This document shows positions 50,001 to 58,927 of a stretch of 64,000 nucleotides of DNA, one piece after another. How positions within the stretch are numbered: the first letter of the stretch is position 1; each line of letters starts with the position of its first letter. The stretch comes from an uncultured virus (IMG/VR IMGVR_UViG_3300042945_003839) (taxonomy: Duplodnaviria > Heunggongvirae > Uroviricota > Caudoviricetes): IMG/VR virus record IMGVR_UViG_3300042945_003839. One strand, 5' to 3'. The notes beneath the pieces are model-generated. The model made no database searches. It was not told where the DNA came from and was given only the letters and a program-made list of their open reading frames with translations. Position numbers and translations under genes: made by a program.

Positions 50001-53000
50001 TGAATACTCATCTAATGTCTCATTATTTTTTGCTATAAAAGAAACTCTTTCAGGAATGATACCCACATAACTATGACCAAGATGACTATCACTTCCATCA
50101 ATATTAAACTGATCTATTAACTCATAAGTATTAATTGAAGAAACATCTGCACACGAAAACGAATCAATATCTTCTGCGGAATTCTGAATAGTTGATAAAT
50201 TAGCAAAATTTGCAGATATTGCATTAGCATTAATGTTCAAATCATCAAATCTCAAAGTTCCCAGCAAAGGAATGAGGTTGTCATATCTTTTTTCAGTTTT
50301 ACCAATTGAAAATTTATTGTTATCAAATAAATACGAATTATCATTTTGTTGCGTAAATTGATTGATAAATTTAACAAATAATGAATCTATTTCTTTATGA
50401 TCTTTTATTATAAATGGATTTACAAAATTTTGAGAAGACACAACAGCTCTCACCGTAAAGTCTACTTGAGTATTTGGAGGTATTTGGAAAGTGAGTTTAT
50501 TTTTAGCACTATTTACGAGTATTTTTATGTCACTATCTTCTAAAATGTAAGCTCTAGTAGCAGCTCCATTTCCTAAAGTAATATCAGTGTTTTCCAAATC
50601 AAGCCGTGATACGTAAAGGGACAAAATCTCTTGGCCAAAAGCAACTTCTTTAGTCAACGCAGAACTGCCAGATTGAAAATATAAAGACAAAGTAAAAGAA
50701 GTTATATGATCTGTATTTGTAAATCCATTAAAATATTTATTTGATTGATCTTCAAAAGTTACAATAAAATAATTATTGTAATTTCTATATTCTGAAGCAA
50801 ATTGCTTACCTTGCGAAAAACCTGATTCTCCAGAAAATTCTTTTAACCATATTACTGTCTCATTAAAAGAATCAAAAGGAGGAGCACTTCTTTCTATAAG
50901 AGATATATGATTTTCAAAAATTGACTTTGTTGTGTCTCCAATAGGGACTATATAGTCGCTTCCTGGAGGGCCAATACTGCAGTCAGCATGCACAGAAAGA
51001 TTTATTTCCCTTTCCTGTCCATCAAAAGGTATTCCAGCTTCATTTTCATATACAGAAAGTGAAGCAATCGCGCAATCAAATTTTGGAGAACACTCTACAC
51101 AAACCTGAGAATTTTCTGGAACACTAACCTTTCCGTTATTTGAAAATATTCGATTCCAACTTGACTGATCTACTGAATTTTGAGACTTTACACCATCTAC
51201 CAAAACTCTTAATTGCATAGGACCTATTTGTTCTAGATCCCTATAGTTCATAGAGAATATTAAAGTTTTTCCATCACCAGAAATTTCTATTTCACCATCA
51301 ATAACACTTGCATTCATTACAAAATTTGAGATTTGATCACCAGACTGAACTGCAGGATATATTATTTCAGTAGATCTAAATACTTCATTAGACCTAGACA
51401 TCTGATTAGGCCCTAAAAATACTCTTAATATTTTCCCATTAAAAGAAGCAGAAAAGCTAGCTGATACAGTACTGCCAGAACCAGTTCCGTTTTGCTGAAA
51501 ATGCACTATATAACTTGTGCAATAAGAACCGTTGTAAAAGTCAGGAGGAGCGCCATCAGCCCATCTAATAGCTCCAAATTTATTGAATGAAGCTGGGACC
51601 TGTGCCAAATTAGAAAATTCATCATCATCTATTCTTACATTACCAGTAAACTCTCTAGCTATTCTGAAAGATCCACCGCTAATTTCAGCTCCTGCGACAA
51701 GACTTCGTAGCTCTATCTCTGGTAACAAAGTTATATTATTAGAAGAAGATTCTATAAAATTTACATCGTCACCAATAGGATTAATATCAAAAATCTTTGA
51801 CACCAATTCATCAGAAATTTGTCTTGAAATCAATCCCGACAGCGCTAAGCGATTGATTAATTTTGATGATGGGCCAATACACCCATATTGAATTGTGGTG
51901 TAGCCAAACCTGTCTGTCTCCCAAGCAATGTGTATGTTGCCTTCTGAATCAGATGCTGCACTTGGATTTCTGTTTTCTCCATTACTAGTAAGCTGCAGCC
52001 ATGGAGAATCAGTAAGGCCAGGAAAGTATCCAAATATTTGCCACTTACCATCTACCAAGCCTTGACACAAGACTTGACCGTTAGCGGTTATGCATGGGTG
52101 AGATGAAGGTATAACTTCATTAAAATTATTTCTTAAAAATGGTAAAGCAGTAAATTCAGTGCCACTTGAGTCTTCAATTAATTTATCTTTACTTATAAAA
52201 GCAACATGAGTACAATAAATATCATCAGACACTATAAAAGCACCCAATCCACGCCTTTCAACACTAACACGAGGACATGTGTCTAGAGTAATCACCCCGC
52301 TAGTTGCAGTTTTGTTAATAGAGACAGTTAAACCCTTGAATTGTCCATCCAAAAATACCATATGTGTACCACCAGAATTTAATACATTTTTGATATCATC
52401 ATAATCTGATGGGTTTGTAATTTCAAAATCAAAAGTATATTTAGAATCTCTAACAATTAAAACTTTATTATTCTTTTTATAATCACCAGTGCTGGAATCT
52501 ATAAAATTAACCTGACCAGCAAATATGATAAACTTGGTATCTGATGTAAAGTCAATTCTTTTGAGATCAGGATAAGGACGCACTGAAATATTTGCATTTA
52601 CTATATTTGAGTCTGAGGATATTTCACTAGCTAATGCTTCTACGAAAGCAGATATATTGCCATGAGTACTGTCACTATATTCTAAAGATTTAGATATCCT
52701 GGAACCATTAGATAAGTCAAACACTATATTTACTATGTCTCCATCAGAAATCTCTACGTCATCCGCTCCATTCTTTCCAATCAAAGCACTATGAAAATAA
52801 GATGGCGGAGCTTTTAGAATACCTCTTGCTAAACTATGAACTTTAATTTTGCTTGCGCCAGTAGTACACCCCAAAAATATTCTTGGTATTTTTTTAATTT
52901 CTTGTGAAGAAAAAGAACAAGGATCAATTGGGTTATTTATATCAGAAGCATTCTCGTCGCAAGCGCTGTAAACAAATCCAATATTTCTATGAAAAAATAC

Positions 53001-53960
53001 AATTTCAGGTATTTTATTTTCACCGGAAGCATAAAGCGATTTTATCTTTTTTCTTGCGTTTGTGTCAAAAACATTTAAATTTACAAATTTAGGCTTATTA
53101 TATATTTTACAAGAAGAATTTACAACAGACAGTGCCGAAGAAACATACCCGTCATTACAGTTTTTATAATCTGGATCAAGACGAGAAACATCGCCATAAG
53201 ATGCTCCATCAGAAGTAAAAAGTGAACCTACTAAAGGTTGCACAAAACAAGGAGAATCAAAAGGCTCAGTCGCTACTGAAAAAGCAGCTACAGGATCTGG
53301 ATCTAAGATTACACAACTTGGTCTGTCTGGATCATTTGTAGCAGCAAGTGCGTACATATGCTCTGGAACAAATTCAAAGAATGAGTTCTCTACCAACTGC
53401 TTGTTTTCAGAATCAATTAGACTACAAGTATACTTTTTAACAAATTTTTGAGAGAATGTTTTATAGTCTACTGCGTTGATTGCATTAATATGCAATGAAG
53501 ACTTACCAACATTATTAGTAGTAATTGTAAAGCTATTTTTACCAACAATTACGTCATATTTATGATTAGGTTTAGCACTGACTAATATGTTAATTTTATC
53601 ATTGTGACCAACATAGATAGGATCAACAGTAATATACTTACTATCTACAACATCGTCTTCTTTGAAGACCGACGTTGCAATATGAGAAGACTTCCAGCCA
53701 TCAATGTCCCATTCATATATTTGACAATATAAAAATTTATCTTCGTCAGATTTAATTTTATAAGAAAATTTGATTTCAGAAACGTTGTTAATATCTGAAA
53801 AAGTTCCAGACGATATCTCAACTCTTTCATTTACACTATCAAAATTAAGATTAGAAAATTCAATCTTATATCGCTTATTATAGTCAAGATTAGACAGTGT
53901 AGCGTCTATAGACTTAAGGTGAGAATCAAATTTGTTTATTTTTATAACTGGTGATAGCAT
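44094..53960 (-). CDS. Giant mosaic tail-tip/adhesin protein (3288 aa) with RCC1-like repeats, propeller blades and repeated beta-sandwich modules
   Basis: RCC1 repeats VSIGWTHGCALKKDGTVTCWGDDTYGQ, IKAGKYFTVGLKENGEIAVWGRDNHNQ, IDAGSDHAVAIGFDGYPVSWG. Blades ASDSEGNIHIAWETDRFG and IVDRFDKLSIVWEDNGRG. C-terminal WVLSKGDGVKRVCLEV. Confidence 0.82.
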   Translation of the reverse strand: MLSPVIKINKFDSHLKSIDATLSNLDYNKRYKIEFSNLNFDSVNERVEISSGTFSDINNVSEIKFSYKIKSDEDKFLYCQIYEWDIDGWKSSHIATSVFKEDDVVDSKYITVDPIYVGHNDKINILVSAKPNHKYDVIVGKNSFTITTNNVGKSSLHINAINAVDYKTFSQKFVKKYTCSLIDSENKQLVENSFFEFVPEHMYALAATNDPDRPSCVILDPDPVAAFSVATEPFDSPCFVQPLVGSLFTSDGASYGDVSRLDPDYKNCNDGYVSSALSVVNSSCKIYNKPKFVNLNVFDTNARKKIKSLYASGENKIPEIVFFHRNIGFVYSACDENASDINNPIDPCSFSSQEIKKIPRIFLGCTTGASKIKVHSLARGILKAPPSYFHSALIGKNGADDVEISDGDIVNIVFDLSNGSRISKSLEYSDSTHGNISAFVEALASEISSDSNIVNANISVRPYPDLKRIDFTSDTKFIIFAGQVNFIDSSTGDYKKNNKVLIVRDSKYTFDFEITNPSDYDDIKNVLNSGGTHMVFLDGQFKGLTVSINKTATSGVITLDTCPRVSVERRGLGAFIVSDDIYCTHVAFISKDKLIEDSSGTEFTALPFLRNNFNEVIPSSHPCITANGQVLCQGLVDGKWQIFGYFPGLTDSPWLQLTSNGENRNPSAASDSEGNIHIAWETDRFGYTTIQYGCIGPSSKLINRLALSGLISRQISDELVSKIFDINPIGDDVNFIESSSNNITLLPEIELRSLVAGAEISGGSFRIAREFTGNVRIDDDEFSNLAQVPASFNKFGAIRWADGAPPDFYNGSYCTSYIVHFQQNGTGSGSTVSASFSASFNGKILRVFLGPNQMSRSNEVFRSTEIIYPAVQSGDQISNFVMNASVIDGEIEISGDGKTLIFSMNYRDLEQIGPMQLRVLVDGVKSQNSVDQSSWNRIFSNNGKVSVPENSQVCVECSPKFDCAIASLSVYENEAGIPFDGQEREINLSVHADCSIGPPGSDYIVPIGDTTKSIFENHISLIERSAPPFDSFNETVIWLKEFSGESGFSQGKQFASEYRNYNNYFIVTFEDQSNKYFNGFTNTDHITSFTLSLYFQSGSSALTKEVAFGQEILSLYVSRLDLENTDITLGNGAATRAYILEDSDIKILVNSAKNKLTFQIPPNTQVDFTVRAVVSSQNFVNPFIIKDHKEIDSLFVKFINQFTQQNDNSYLFDNNKFSIGKTEKRYDNLIPLLGTLRFDDLNINANAISANFANLSTIQNSAEDIDSFSCADVSSINTYELIDQFNIDGSDSHLGHSYVGIIPERVSFIAKNNETLDEYSIRTGSVAGYREAVIKDVYTGYAKACLIINGASSAGKATSFALGTVFVISDYANIDISSNFKLQLDANYLRLGKTDKLLINKWSHISNEAFYQSSEYKLNYHLMCNVFVDDRPILSHNAQVDLSDKNRQWDICFGSPFGSYPVCRNGNSSFLDFISATNWELNFNNIRVGSPRMVIASGASEVSSYTYSSPSLVKPVPNSDSNTKNEIFSESLIDPGDWVCLEDSSLLVDQWSAESGGCVYVGSYAKSASGFRSILLESCVPYSQDIINLSYRLYPQIKTRRGRISTGSGGGLSQVTGTLYPNESHKIYITTGLRQLPENLPRLVKTILVQCDADVFAYRHPVVSGRFASSLSALDYKTFRSDFIPSSSNFNVNIRNVSDNLSSSFAHFYISYNGTGWIDNFTGPIDHTNGSTYGDSVFYIDQDGVLGLYRGYNLSGGISSEANLLNPDDPLKIVAVDSSLHFNTTVNQNDSAIAVTSDGDLVTFTYDGSETDIPSFMYQANLPADSNYVNVSIGWTHGCALKKDGTVTCWGDDTYGQVSGQPSGVKFVQIKAGKYFTVGLKENGEIAVWGRDNHNQVTNKPSGKFVKIDAGSDHAVAIGFDGYPVSWGKNVGIAYSASIRITDPQTKLIDVAACGGDVYNLNTYASSTPGSSVLTTTNPFNVGIDVNGNVVAWGPYATAFTPTGREGTHSSPSVPCVAVKKGIKNALLLGVDGKIYSYGISYCPSDPSDVDAPSNVSSIYKTDLDFISGGLLVSGVDVYPVSNLVEEEADVENFRLLGMTSNNELLTSYGLPYLASISGVPISWNNGDLQKSPSCIVDRFDKLSIVWEDNGRGPWGVALTSNIWLNRSFTDKVYLSERSYSGINPAVSSDSSGKRIVVWESIKNEKHFIECASHVLHPDYVSECDIDKIVKSSRELGIDPDPYDPYNVEKSLMSCKVEVSFTAPEFGNYFFNIKFKDYINENIIYKTASSRSESGKWFINGKNMPFNGQVIAQGETIALSYVPDANDDVFNKVLKVDIGYSIENEQEEVFITYKAPSITEGRGYGWWDIPTRSYPIEIKSPPAVDFINEFLVFDEAAINAPVSVSEQKASYFESIGSSKDTNFIFPTGIDSLPGFSAGDYVKSFLLLLGDDGLTTNNVVEGTLTFSAPIVAVIVDSANLAATDNYFNDASRPIVIQRKGLVSNFQFYQGEYIRLSEDRKSLSLRFRQPRRTSWPSIPGGVTSTKPGSAVLTTGDTIVSVDVKEVSVSGLLVAPSDVGVFDRVDETFGSVGPLAAGLSANARPYGSLRIIVSNTGSATGQITTTYFCSSPIINSCKINMSYKNDSTEVKNVHFKVSVFADSNYTDSLMVFSSLSDPRMWSSGNDVYPTAGLGIAPSSNIAVNFSPPTIDVQNFQIPVDQNSVNEQSRVAGYGNYFNLSRSSLICGVRYYIIAESIVDGNASEIFRSSLLCPCREELSYKEDAFEWRSPLNGSNNTIIAMSNYYIGHPSVVGGKDGLFAIVWEDSRSSQNSYGIINKNIQQVDLYCGFFDTNRDIIESAYHGGIDRLLVNNSNATDKNILDCRMPHVAADDFGNFSIFANVGYNKIIKRYLSVGSKITPNIIEESANTKACSFTLTDVTRYATAFDGGEFMQARVAERFVKSYKSIASSDSAPVVNDCFIDLEVIGIPGAMAFRIKNESESDFTDWIPIGMAIQPLDSVGKEISEDASKFREAFKGKWIANDIFIAPWVLSKGDGVKRVCLEVLTQFGKTQQFCLDIIAEYSSMSYVVEVFYVESGKTEKLFKPIKYKGIPVVNRKTWYKSAENNQTAITLSLEDLRTIDLSESTEVDLYVQVTFEDSQRISRLNALNQIASYADRRKDSGSMKAYLYQQGSRVYRSVLNPVANSDGVYYATFKIKKNNGATDKDGLGFIFIDVPSECLNPFVKKFINTLRLLSDPGLDRSYAEVIDQNAFIERYVNTDKRNAFGSRRLF

Positions 53961-53961
53961 C

Positions 53962-55113
53962 TTATTTTTTCAAAACATTTAAAAAAGATTGCCCAATATT
54001 GTTGTGACTAAATTTTATAGAATATTCGTTAGACACTTTACGAGCAGATTCCTTAAGATTGGACAAATTACCTATACATAAATACAAGGCATCAAGTATG
54101 GAATCCTTGTCATATAAAGGCCATACTAAATTATCAAATTGAGGTAAACCGTCCATTTTGCCGAGTCTTTTAGCAAGACCCTTGGACTTTACCTCTACAT
54201 AACAATTTTCATTAAAAAACTCACAATAACCTCCATAATTCGGACAAACTACTGCTAAACCTGCCATACATGCCTGCAAAGCTGGAAGACCAAAACCCTC
54301 CCCATAAGAAGCACTTAATAGTATGTCATTTCCACACACAAGTCTAGCCATGCTGTATTCGTCCAATATACGACCATCTATAATAATATTTTTATTAAAT
54401 AAATTAATTTTATTAATTTCATTTAACCACTTTTTAACATCAGTGGATGCACTTGCGGTCTTGTCAACCTTCAAGGTCCAAACTAAATTAGGATGAGATG
54501 TCGCTAAAGACGAAATGGCCAAAAGCATATTTTTCCAATTTTTTCTTTCACGCCACGTTCCTATTGTAATAATTTTGATAGATTCAGCGGCATCGTTTCT
54601 TGGAGTCACCATTTCATAGTTCCATATACTTGAATCGACAGAATGATGAACAAGATGCACATTAGTGAGACCACTAGCAACAAGTGAATCGTAATTAAAT
54701 TTAGATGGAACAACAACAGCTTTACATTTTTTCAAATCATCAAGCCACATTTTTGGCATAGCATAATTTTCAAAAACGAATAAAGCTATTCTGTTATTTT
54801 TTAATTTTATACTTTTCCAACGTGGGGGTATTGCGTGCAATAACTGTGGAGAATCTGCATAATTTTGTTTTTTTAATAGTTCTGTCAACCAATAAATTTC
54901 TTCTTTAGAGAAACCTGTACCAACCATTTTTCCATGCACACATTTAAGTGATACATTGATACCGACTTTCTCTAAAGATTTTATGTTATCTATAGCAGCC
55001 TGAGTATATCCAGTAGGAGCCAAAAAACAATGATAGTCTACATGATCATGTACTGATGATGATACTGTTTTCTCCAGATTCTCTTGCATGATTGATAATA
55101 CTGAATTGTCCAT
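53962..55113 (-). CDS. Glycosyltransferase, GT-B fold, family GT4-like (375-383 aa)
   Basis: TGYTQA, VVVPSKFN, TIGTWRERKNW, ASYGEGFGLPALQACMAGLAVVCPNYGG. Start is the ATG at 55113 or 55089, both overlapping the upstream gene. Confidence 0.9.
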   Translation of the reverse strand: MDNSVLSIMQENLEKTVSSSVHDHVDYHCFLAPTGYTQAAIDNIKSLEKVGINVSLKCVHGKMVGTGFSKEEIYWLTELLKKQNYADSPQLLHAIPPRWKSIKLKNNRIALFVFENYAMPKMWLDDLKKCKAVVVPSKFNYDSLVASGLTNVHLVHHSVDSSIWNYEMVTPRNDAAESIKIITIGTWRERKNWKNMLLAISSLATSHPNLVWTLKVDKTASASTDVKKWLNEINKINLFNKNIIIDGRILDEYSMARLVCGNDILLSASYGEGFGLPALQACMAGLAVVCPNYGGYCEFFNENCYVEVKSKGLAKRLGKMDGLPQFDNLVWPLYDKDSILDALYLCIGNLSNLKESARKVSNEYSIKFSHNNIGQSFLNVLKK

Positions 55114-58100
55114 TAGATAAATTAAAACTTATGTTTCCGAATCCGTCAATTTTTATCGTCCTACCAGAATTTTGTATGATAGAAGATTCTGCAATTAAAA
55201 TCTCATTAGTTGATGTCATTGAACAATCACTGACATAGAGACCATCTGGACTCTCATAGTTGAAAGACACCGCGCTATCATCTGGGTTTATTTTTATAAC
55301 TTGACCTCTGTAGGATTTTAATAAATTAAAAGCCTGTGCTCTAAAACCATCGTCATTGGGGGGATTTGTGTCGAATTGCAAATCAGCAGGCAACTTTTTA
55401 ATACCACCCATAAGTATATTTCCGTCTTCAAGCTTGTAAAGACCGCCAAGAGTAAAATCACTAAAAGTAAATTGATCTACTTTGCCAAAAGCAAAGTCAA
55501 CCTGACCATCCAGTATATTCATTCTTATCACAGAAGGCATATCTGGAGCTTGCTCAGATCCTTCAGCAGTAGCCTGATTTATGACGTGGATTCTCTTCTC
55601 TATGCGATAAGGAGAGCCCTCAACAGGTACATATGTATTTGTGATAGTGTCTAAAACCTTTACAGATACTCTAAATATAAAGCTAAAGTCTAAACCTAAC
55701 ATAGGAGCGTTTGGCTTAACTTTAACTTTAGCACTAAAATTACTTTGAGTTACTACCTCTACGGTCCCATCAAAAGCAATATTATTACCATTTAAAATTA
55801 TAACTGGTTCGTAAGTTTCATTGTTAGTGGAAGATGCAGCCTGATCGTTAAGGAATGTAACACGGACATCTCCACCAAGATCTTGAGGAACTTCAGCTAT
55901 GATAAAGAACTCTTCCTCTACATTTACGGGAATAAAGAATTCATCTATATCTTCTCTTAATCCAGCTCTTATGCGGTCAAAGCTAATTAAACTATTTGCG
56001 ATAATCCAGTTATTATCATCATAAGCAATAGCAGATATGGGATGAAAAACTTGCTTAGTGTAAGTAAATTTTTGTTTTGTTAAACGCAAACCGCTGATCC
56101 CGTATGCAATGCTAAATATTTCAGAATCAGAATTAAACTTTTCTTTTTTAATTACTGCTGGTGTCAGTTTAACAAAAATAGGTGTACTTGTATCTTTAAG
56201 TATTTGAGTTTTTTGCAAAGACAATCGTACTTGTATGCAATTTTTAGGAGCATTGTCATTTACATTAACATCAACATCTCCAAGAGTGATCTGAGTCTGA
56301 CCTATTACTAATGTAATATACTGTATGCTGATATCAGATCTATTTTCTATGTCTTTATCAAAGACAATCTGAAGAAGTCTATTGTCAGAATTAAAGTTGG
56401 CGCAAAGCGGAATAAAATCACCCTGCAATCCATTTTCAATGATGTAAGAACCACCGTAGCCCCTTACAAGTTGACCTTCTCTGTTAATTTCCAACACTCT
56501 GTTATTATAGGTATCACAAATTAAATAATTGCGATTATCCATTCTAAAAACACTACTGGCCTGATCAAGACCAACAGCAGGATTCCCTGCAGTAGATGAC
56601 ATGATTTGTTGAGGACTTTGTAATAAGTTTGCACCATTAAAACCGAATACACTTATATTTGATTCTGCCGGAGGAACATCAGGTAAGGCATTTTTAATTT
56701 GCTGCACATAATTGTTAGAAGAATATATAATATGTTTTGTTTCCAATGGACTTCTTATTCTAATTCCATAATCAGCGTCTCCAGATTCTGAAAATATTTC
56801 TATATTTGCACGCGTTCCCTGCTGCCATTCAGAAAGAGCATTTACCTCAATTCGTCTCTCTCCGCCCTGTATCAGCAATACTAATACTAAATTATTTAAT
56901 TTAGGAGAAGCACTTTTTTCTGGATTAGTACGCAAAGTAAACTCAACCTCAACTGCATTGCAAGGAACGGTAATTTGATCATTTGAAGATATTGGAGATG
57001 AGAATGTTGCGTTCAACAGCTCAACAATACTACTTCCAGTTCTAAACCTGCACTGCACAGAGGTATTGTCTAGTTCTTCTGTTTCAAACGATATTGATTC
57101 CAATATTACCTGAGTTGGAGCCAAATATCTGTATCTCACAGAGCCAGAGTCTACATAAGTAACATCAGTCGTAGAAACTGAAGATGTCTTAATGTCATCA
57201 ACATAAAAAGCGAATTCTGTTGCTGCATCAGCAACTTCAAAAACAAGTTCTGTAATGTTGTTTTTTGTATAGTCTGTTATGTCAATTTCTATAGATTTAA
57301 AATTTGACAATGCAGCGTTTGAAGTAACCTCATCCTCTGCTAAAAGCTGTATTTTTTCGCTTTCTGTTATTGTATTGTCTGCATTTGCATTGACCATGTA
57401 AAAGAAAACTGGAGGATGCGGAGACTGAGAACACTTCACAGACAAAAATAATCTATTAAAACTAGTCCAGTTCTTTTGAGTAGTTACTTCTCTTTTATAA
57501 ACTGACTTGTCTTTTTTACCCGAAGTGAAACGAGCAGAGAACAGTCCACTTACAACATTATAAACATCACTTCTCACTGCTATTTTATTTTCAACAGACA
57601 CAGCTTGAGCGGTCGTTCCTGGATAAGGACGATCAGCACCAGTTGCATTTTCAAAACTATCGGTAAATTGAACAGTAGAAGAACTAACAGTACTATTTAA
57701 ATAAACAAAAGCATCAGTAATTGAGCAGTTATTAATAAACGAATAGGACTCTAGAGCTTCAATATTATTGTAATAAATAGATACCTGTCTTCCACCGCCA
57801 GTTCTACGACCAGATATGCATCCCTCATTTAAATTTATATTAACACTACTATTGGAAAAGTCTATTGCTGAGTTTGAAACTAACCCAGGAATAAATGTAA
57901 TCATGTTTACGGAACCATCAGAGTCGGATGGATACTTTCTCTTTAACATTAAAGAATGCTTCATCATATTAACAGAAGATATTTCTCCAAGTAATTGTCT
58001 ATTAACATTTTGCAAACTGCGTGCTAAAGTTTCTAAGCCAGCATGACTCACTATTCCCTTGTTCTTTAAGTTGTTGTGATTTATCTGAGGAATACGCTCT

Positions 58101-58711
58101 CTTTTAAAAGTTCCGTATTGAACCTTACTTGCGTCCAAAGATCCCACTCTAGCACCTGGCAAAGTGTTTTTAACTTCTCTCAAAAGATCTATCTTTGATA
58201 CTGTGCCATTATGCTTGTGCTTGGCAACTTCATTTTCAATAATTCTTCTAAAAGATATTTCATGCCTATAAGAATAGTCTATTTTTGATACATCACCATT
58301 GAATGTTTCTATTCTAGCAAGTCTTATGGCATTTAAGTCTGTACCAGATCTACTATAATATAGTACTAAGTCTTTGTCTCCAGAAGATGTTGAAAAAATA
58401 TCTGCAAATACATAAAATTCGCCATTAGGAGGTAAATTCTCTAAGCTTTTAGTTTCCACACTTTCAAAACTTCTATTTCTGCAAAATAGCACACCTGGCT
58501 CAATAGAAAGAGTCTTTATTCCAGATTCGTTCTGAGATCTTGTGACTCTAAATCCTCGAACAATACCATTACCAAATACACTATATAAACCAAAAAGCTG
58601 ATCATCTATAGTAAGAAAACGATCACGCTCCAGCTTGACAGATACAGATGTATCAAGTCTATCTTTAAAATCAAAGTATCCTAAACCAAAATGTTTTGTT
58701 TTTCCAGCCAT
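55046..58711 (-). CDS. Tail/baseplate-associated protein (1221 aa) with NHL-like propeller repeats and a possible carbohydrate-binding jelly roll
   Basis: N-terminus MAGKTKHFGLGYF..RFLTIDDQL..FGNGIVRG; HKH..KIDL..LDASKVQYGTF..RIPQINH; NWTSFNRLFLSVK..FYVDDI; NYLICDTYNNRVLEINREGQLV. Confidence 0.75.
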   Translation of the reverse strand: MAGKTKHFGLGYFDFKDRLDTSVSVKLERDRFLTIDDQLFGLYSVFGNGIVRGFRVTRSQNESGIKTLSIEPGVLFCRNRSFESVETKSLENLPPNGEFYVFADIFSTSSGDKDLVLYYSRSGTDLNAIRLARIETFNGDVSKIDYSYRHEISFRRIIENEVAKHKHNGTVSKIDLLREVKNTLPGARVGSLDASKVQYGTFKRERIPQINHNNLKNKGIVSHAGLETLARSLQNVNRQLLGEISSVNMMKHSLMLKRKYPSDSDGSVNMITFIPGLVSNSAIDFSNSSVNINLNEGCISGRRTGGGRQVSIYYNNIEALESYSFINNCSITDAFVYLNSTVSSSTVQFTDSFENATGADRPYPGTTAQAVSVENKIAVRSDVYNVVSGLFSARFTSGKKDKSVYKREVTTQKNWTSFNRLFLSVKCSQSPHPPVFFYMVNANADNTITESEKIQLLAEDEVTSNAALSNFKSIEIDITDYTKNNITELVFEVADAATEFAFYVDDIKTSSVSTTDVTYVDSGSVRYRYLAPTQVILESISFETEELDNTSVQCRFRTGSSIVELLNATFSSPISSNDQITVPCNAVEVEFTLRTNPEKSASPKLNNLVLVLLIQGGERRIEVNALSEWQQGTRANIEIFSESGDADYGIRIRSPLETKHIIYSSNNYVQQIKNALPDVPPAESNISVFGFNGANLLQSPQQIMSSTAGNPAVGLDQASSVFRMDNRNYLICDTYNNRVLEINREGQLVRGYGGSYIIENGLQGDFIPLCANFNSDNRLLQIVFDKDIENRSDISIQYITLVIGQTQITLGDVDVNVNDNAPKNCIQVRLSLQKTQILKDTSTPIFVKLTPAVIKKEKFNSDSEIFSIAYGISGLRLTKQKFTYTKQVFHPISAIAYDDNNWIIANSLISFDRIRAGLREDIDEFFIPVNVEEEFFIIAEVPQDLGGDVRVTFLNDQAASSTNNETYEPVIILNGNNIAFDGTVEVVTQSNFSAKVKVKPNAPMLGLDFSFIFRVSVKVLDTITNTYVPVEGSPYRIEKRIHVINQATAEGSEQAPDMPSVIRMNILDGQVDFAFGKVDQFTFSDFTLGGLYKLEDGNILMGGIKKLPADLQFDTNPPNDDGFRAQAFNLLKSYRGQVIKINPDDSAVSFNYESPDGLYVSDCSMTSTNEILIAESSIIQNSGRTIKIDGFGNISFNLSNGQFSIINHARESGENSIIIST

Positions 58712-58926
58712 TACGCTCCTACAATTCCGCTTTTAATCCCAATGCGACCATAAGCTTCTTCCTCACTAGTAGAGACATCTGTCAAGCTTCTAGCTCCACC
58801 ATATAAGCCGCCTTCAAATACATTTTGCTGATGATATAACTTAGTGTAATTCTCATTTATCTTTTTCTCAATTAATGAATTTATATTATCTGCTAATTGT
58901 TTACCAAGTGTAGGAATGTTGTCCAT
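58711..58926 (-). CDS. Small hypothetical protein (71 aa)
   Basis: Fills the gap exactly: 1 nt after the upstream stop, and TAATG overlap with the downstream start. Confidence 0.8.
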   Translation of the reverse strand: MDNIPTLGKQLADNINSLIEKKINENYTKLYHQQNVFEGGLYGGARSLTDVSTSEEEAYGRIGIKSGIVGA

Positions 58927-58927
58927 T

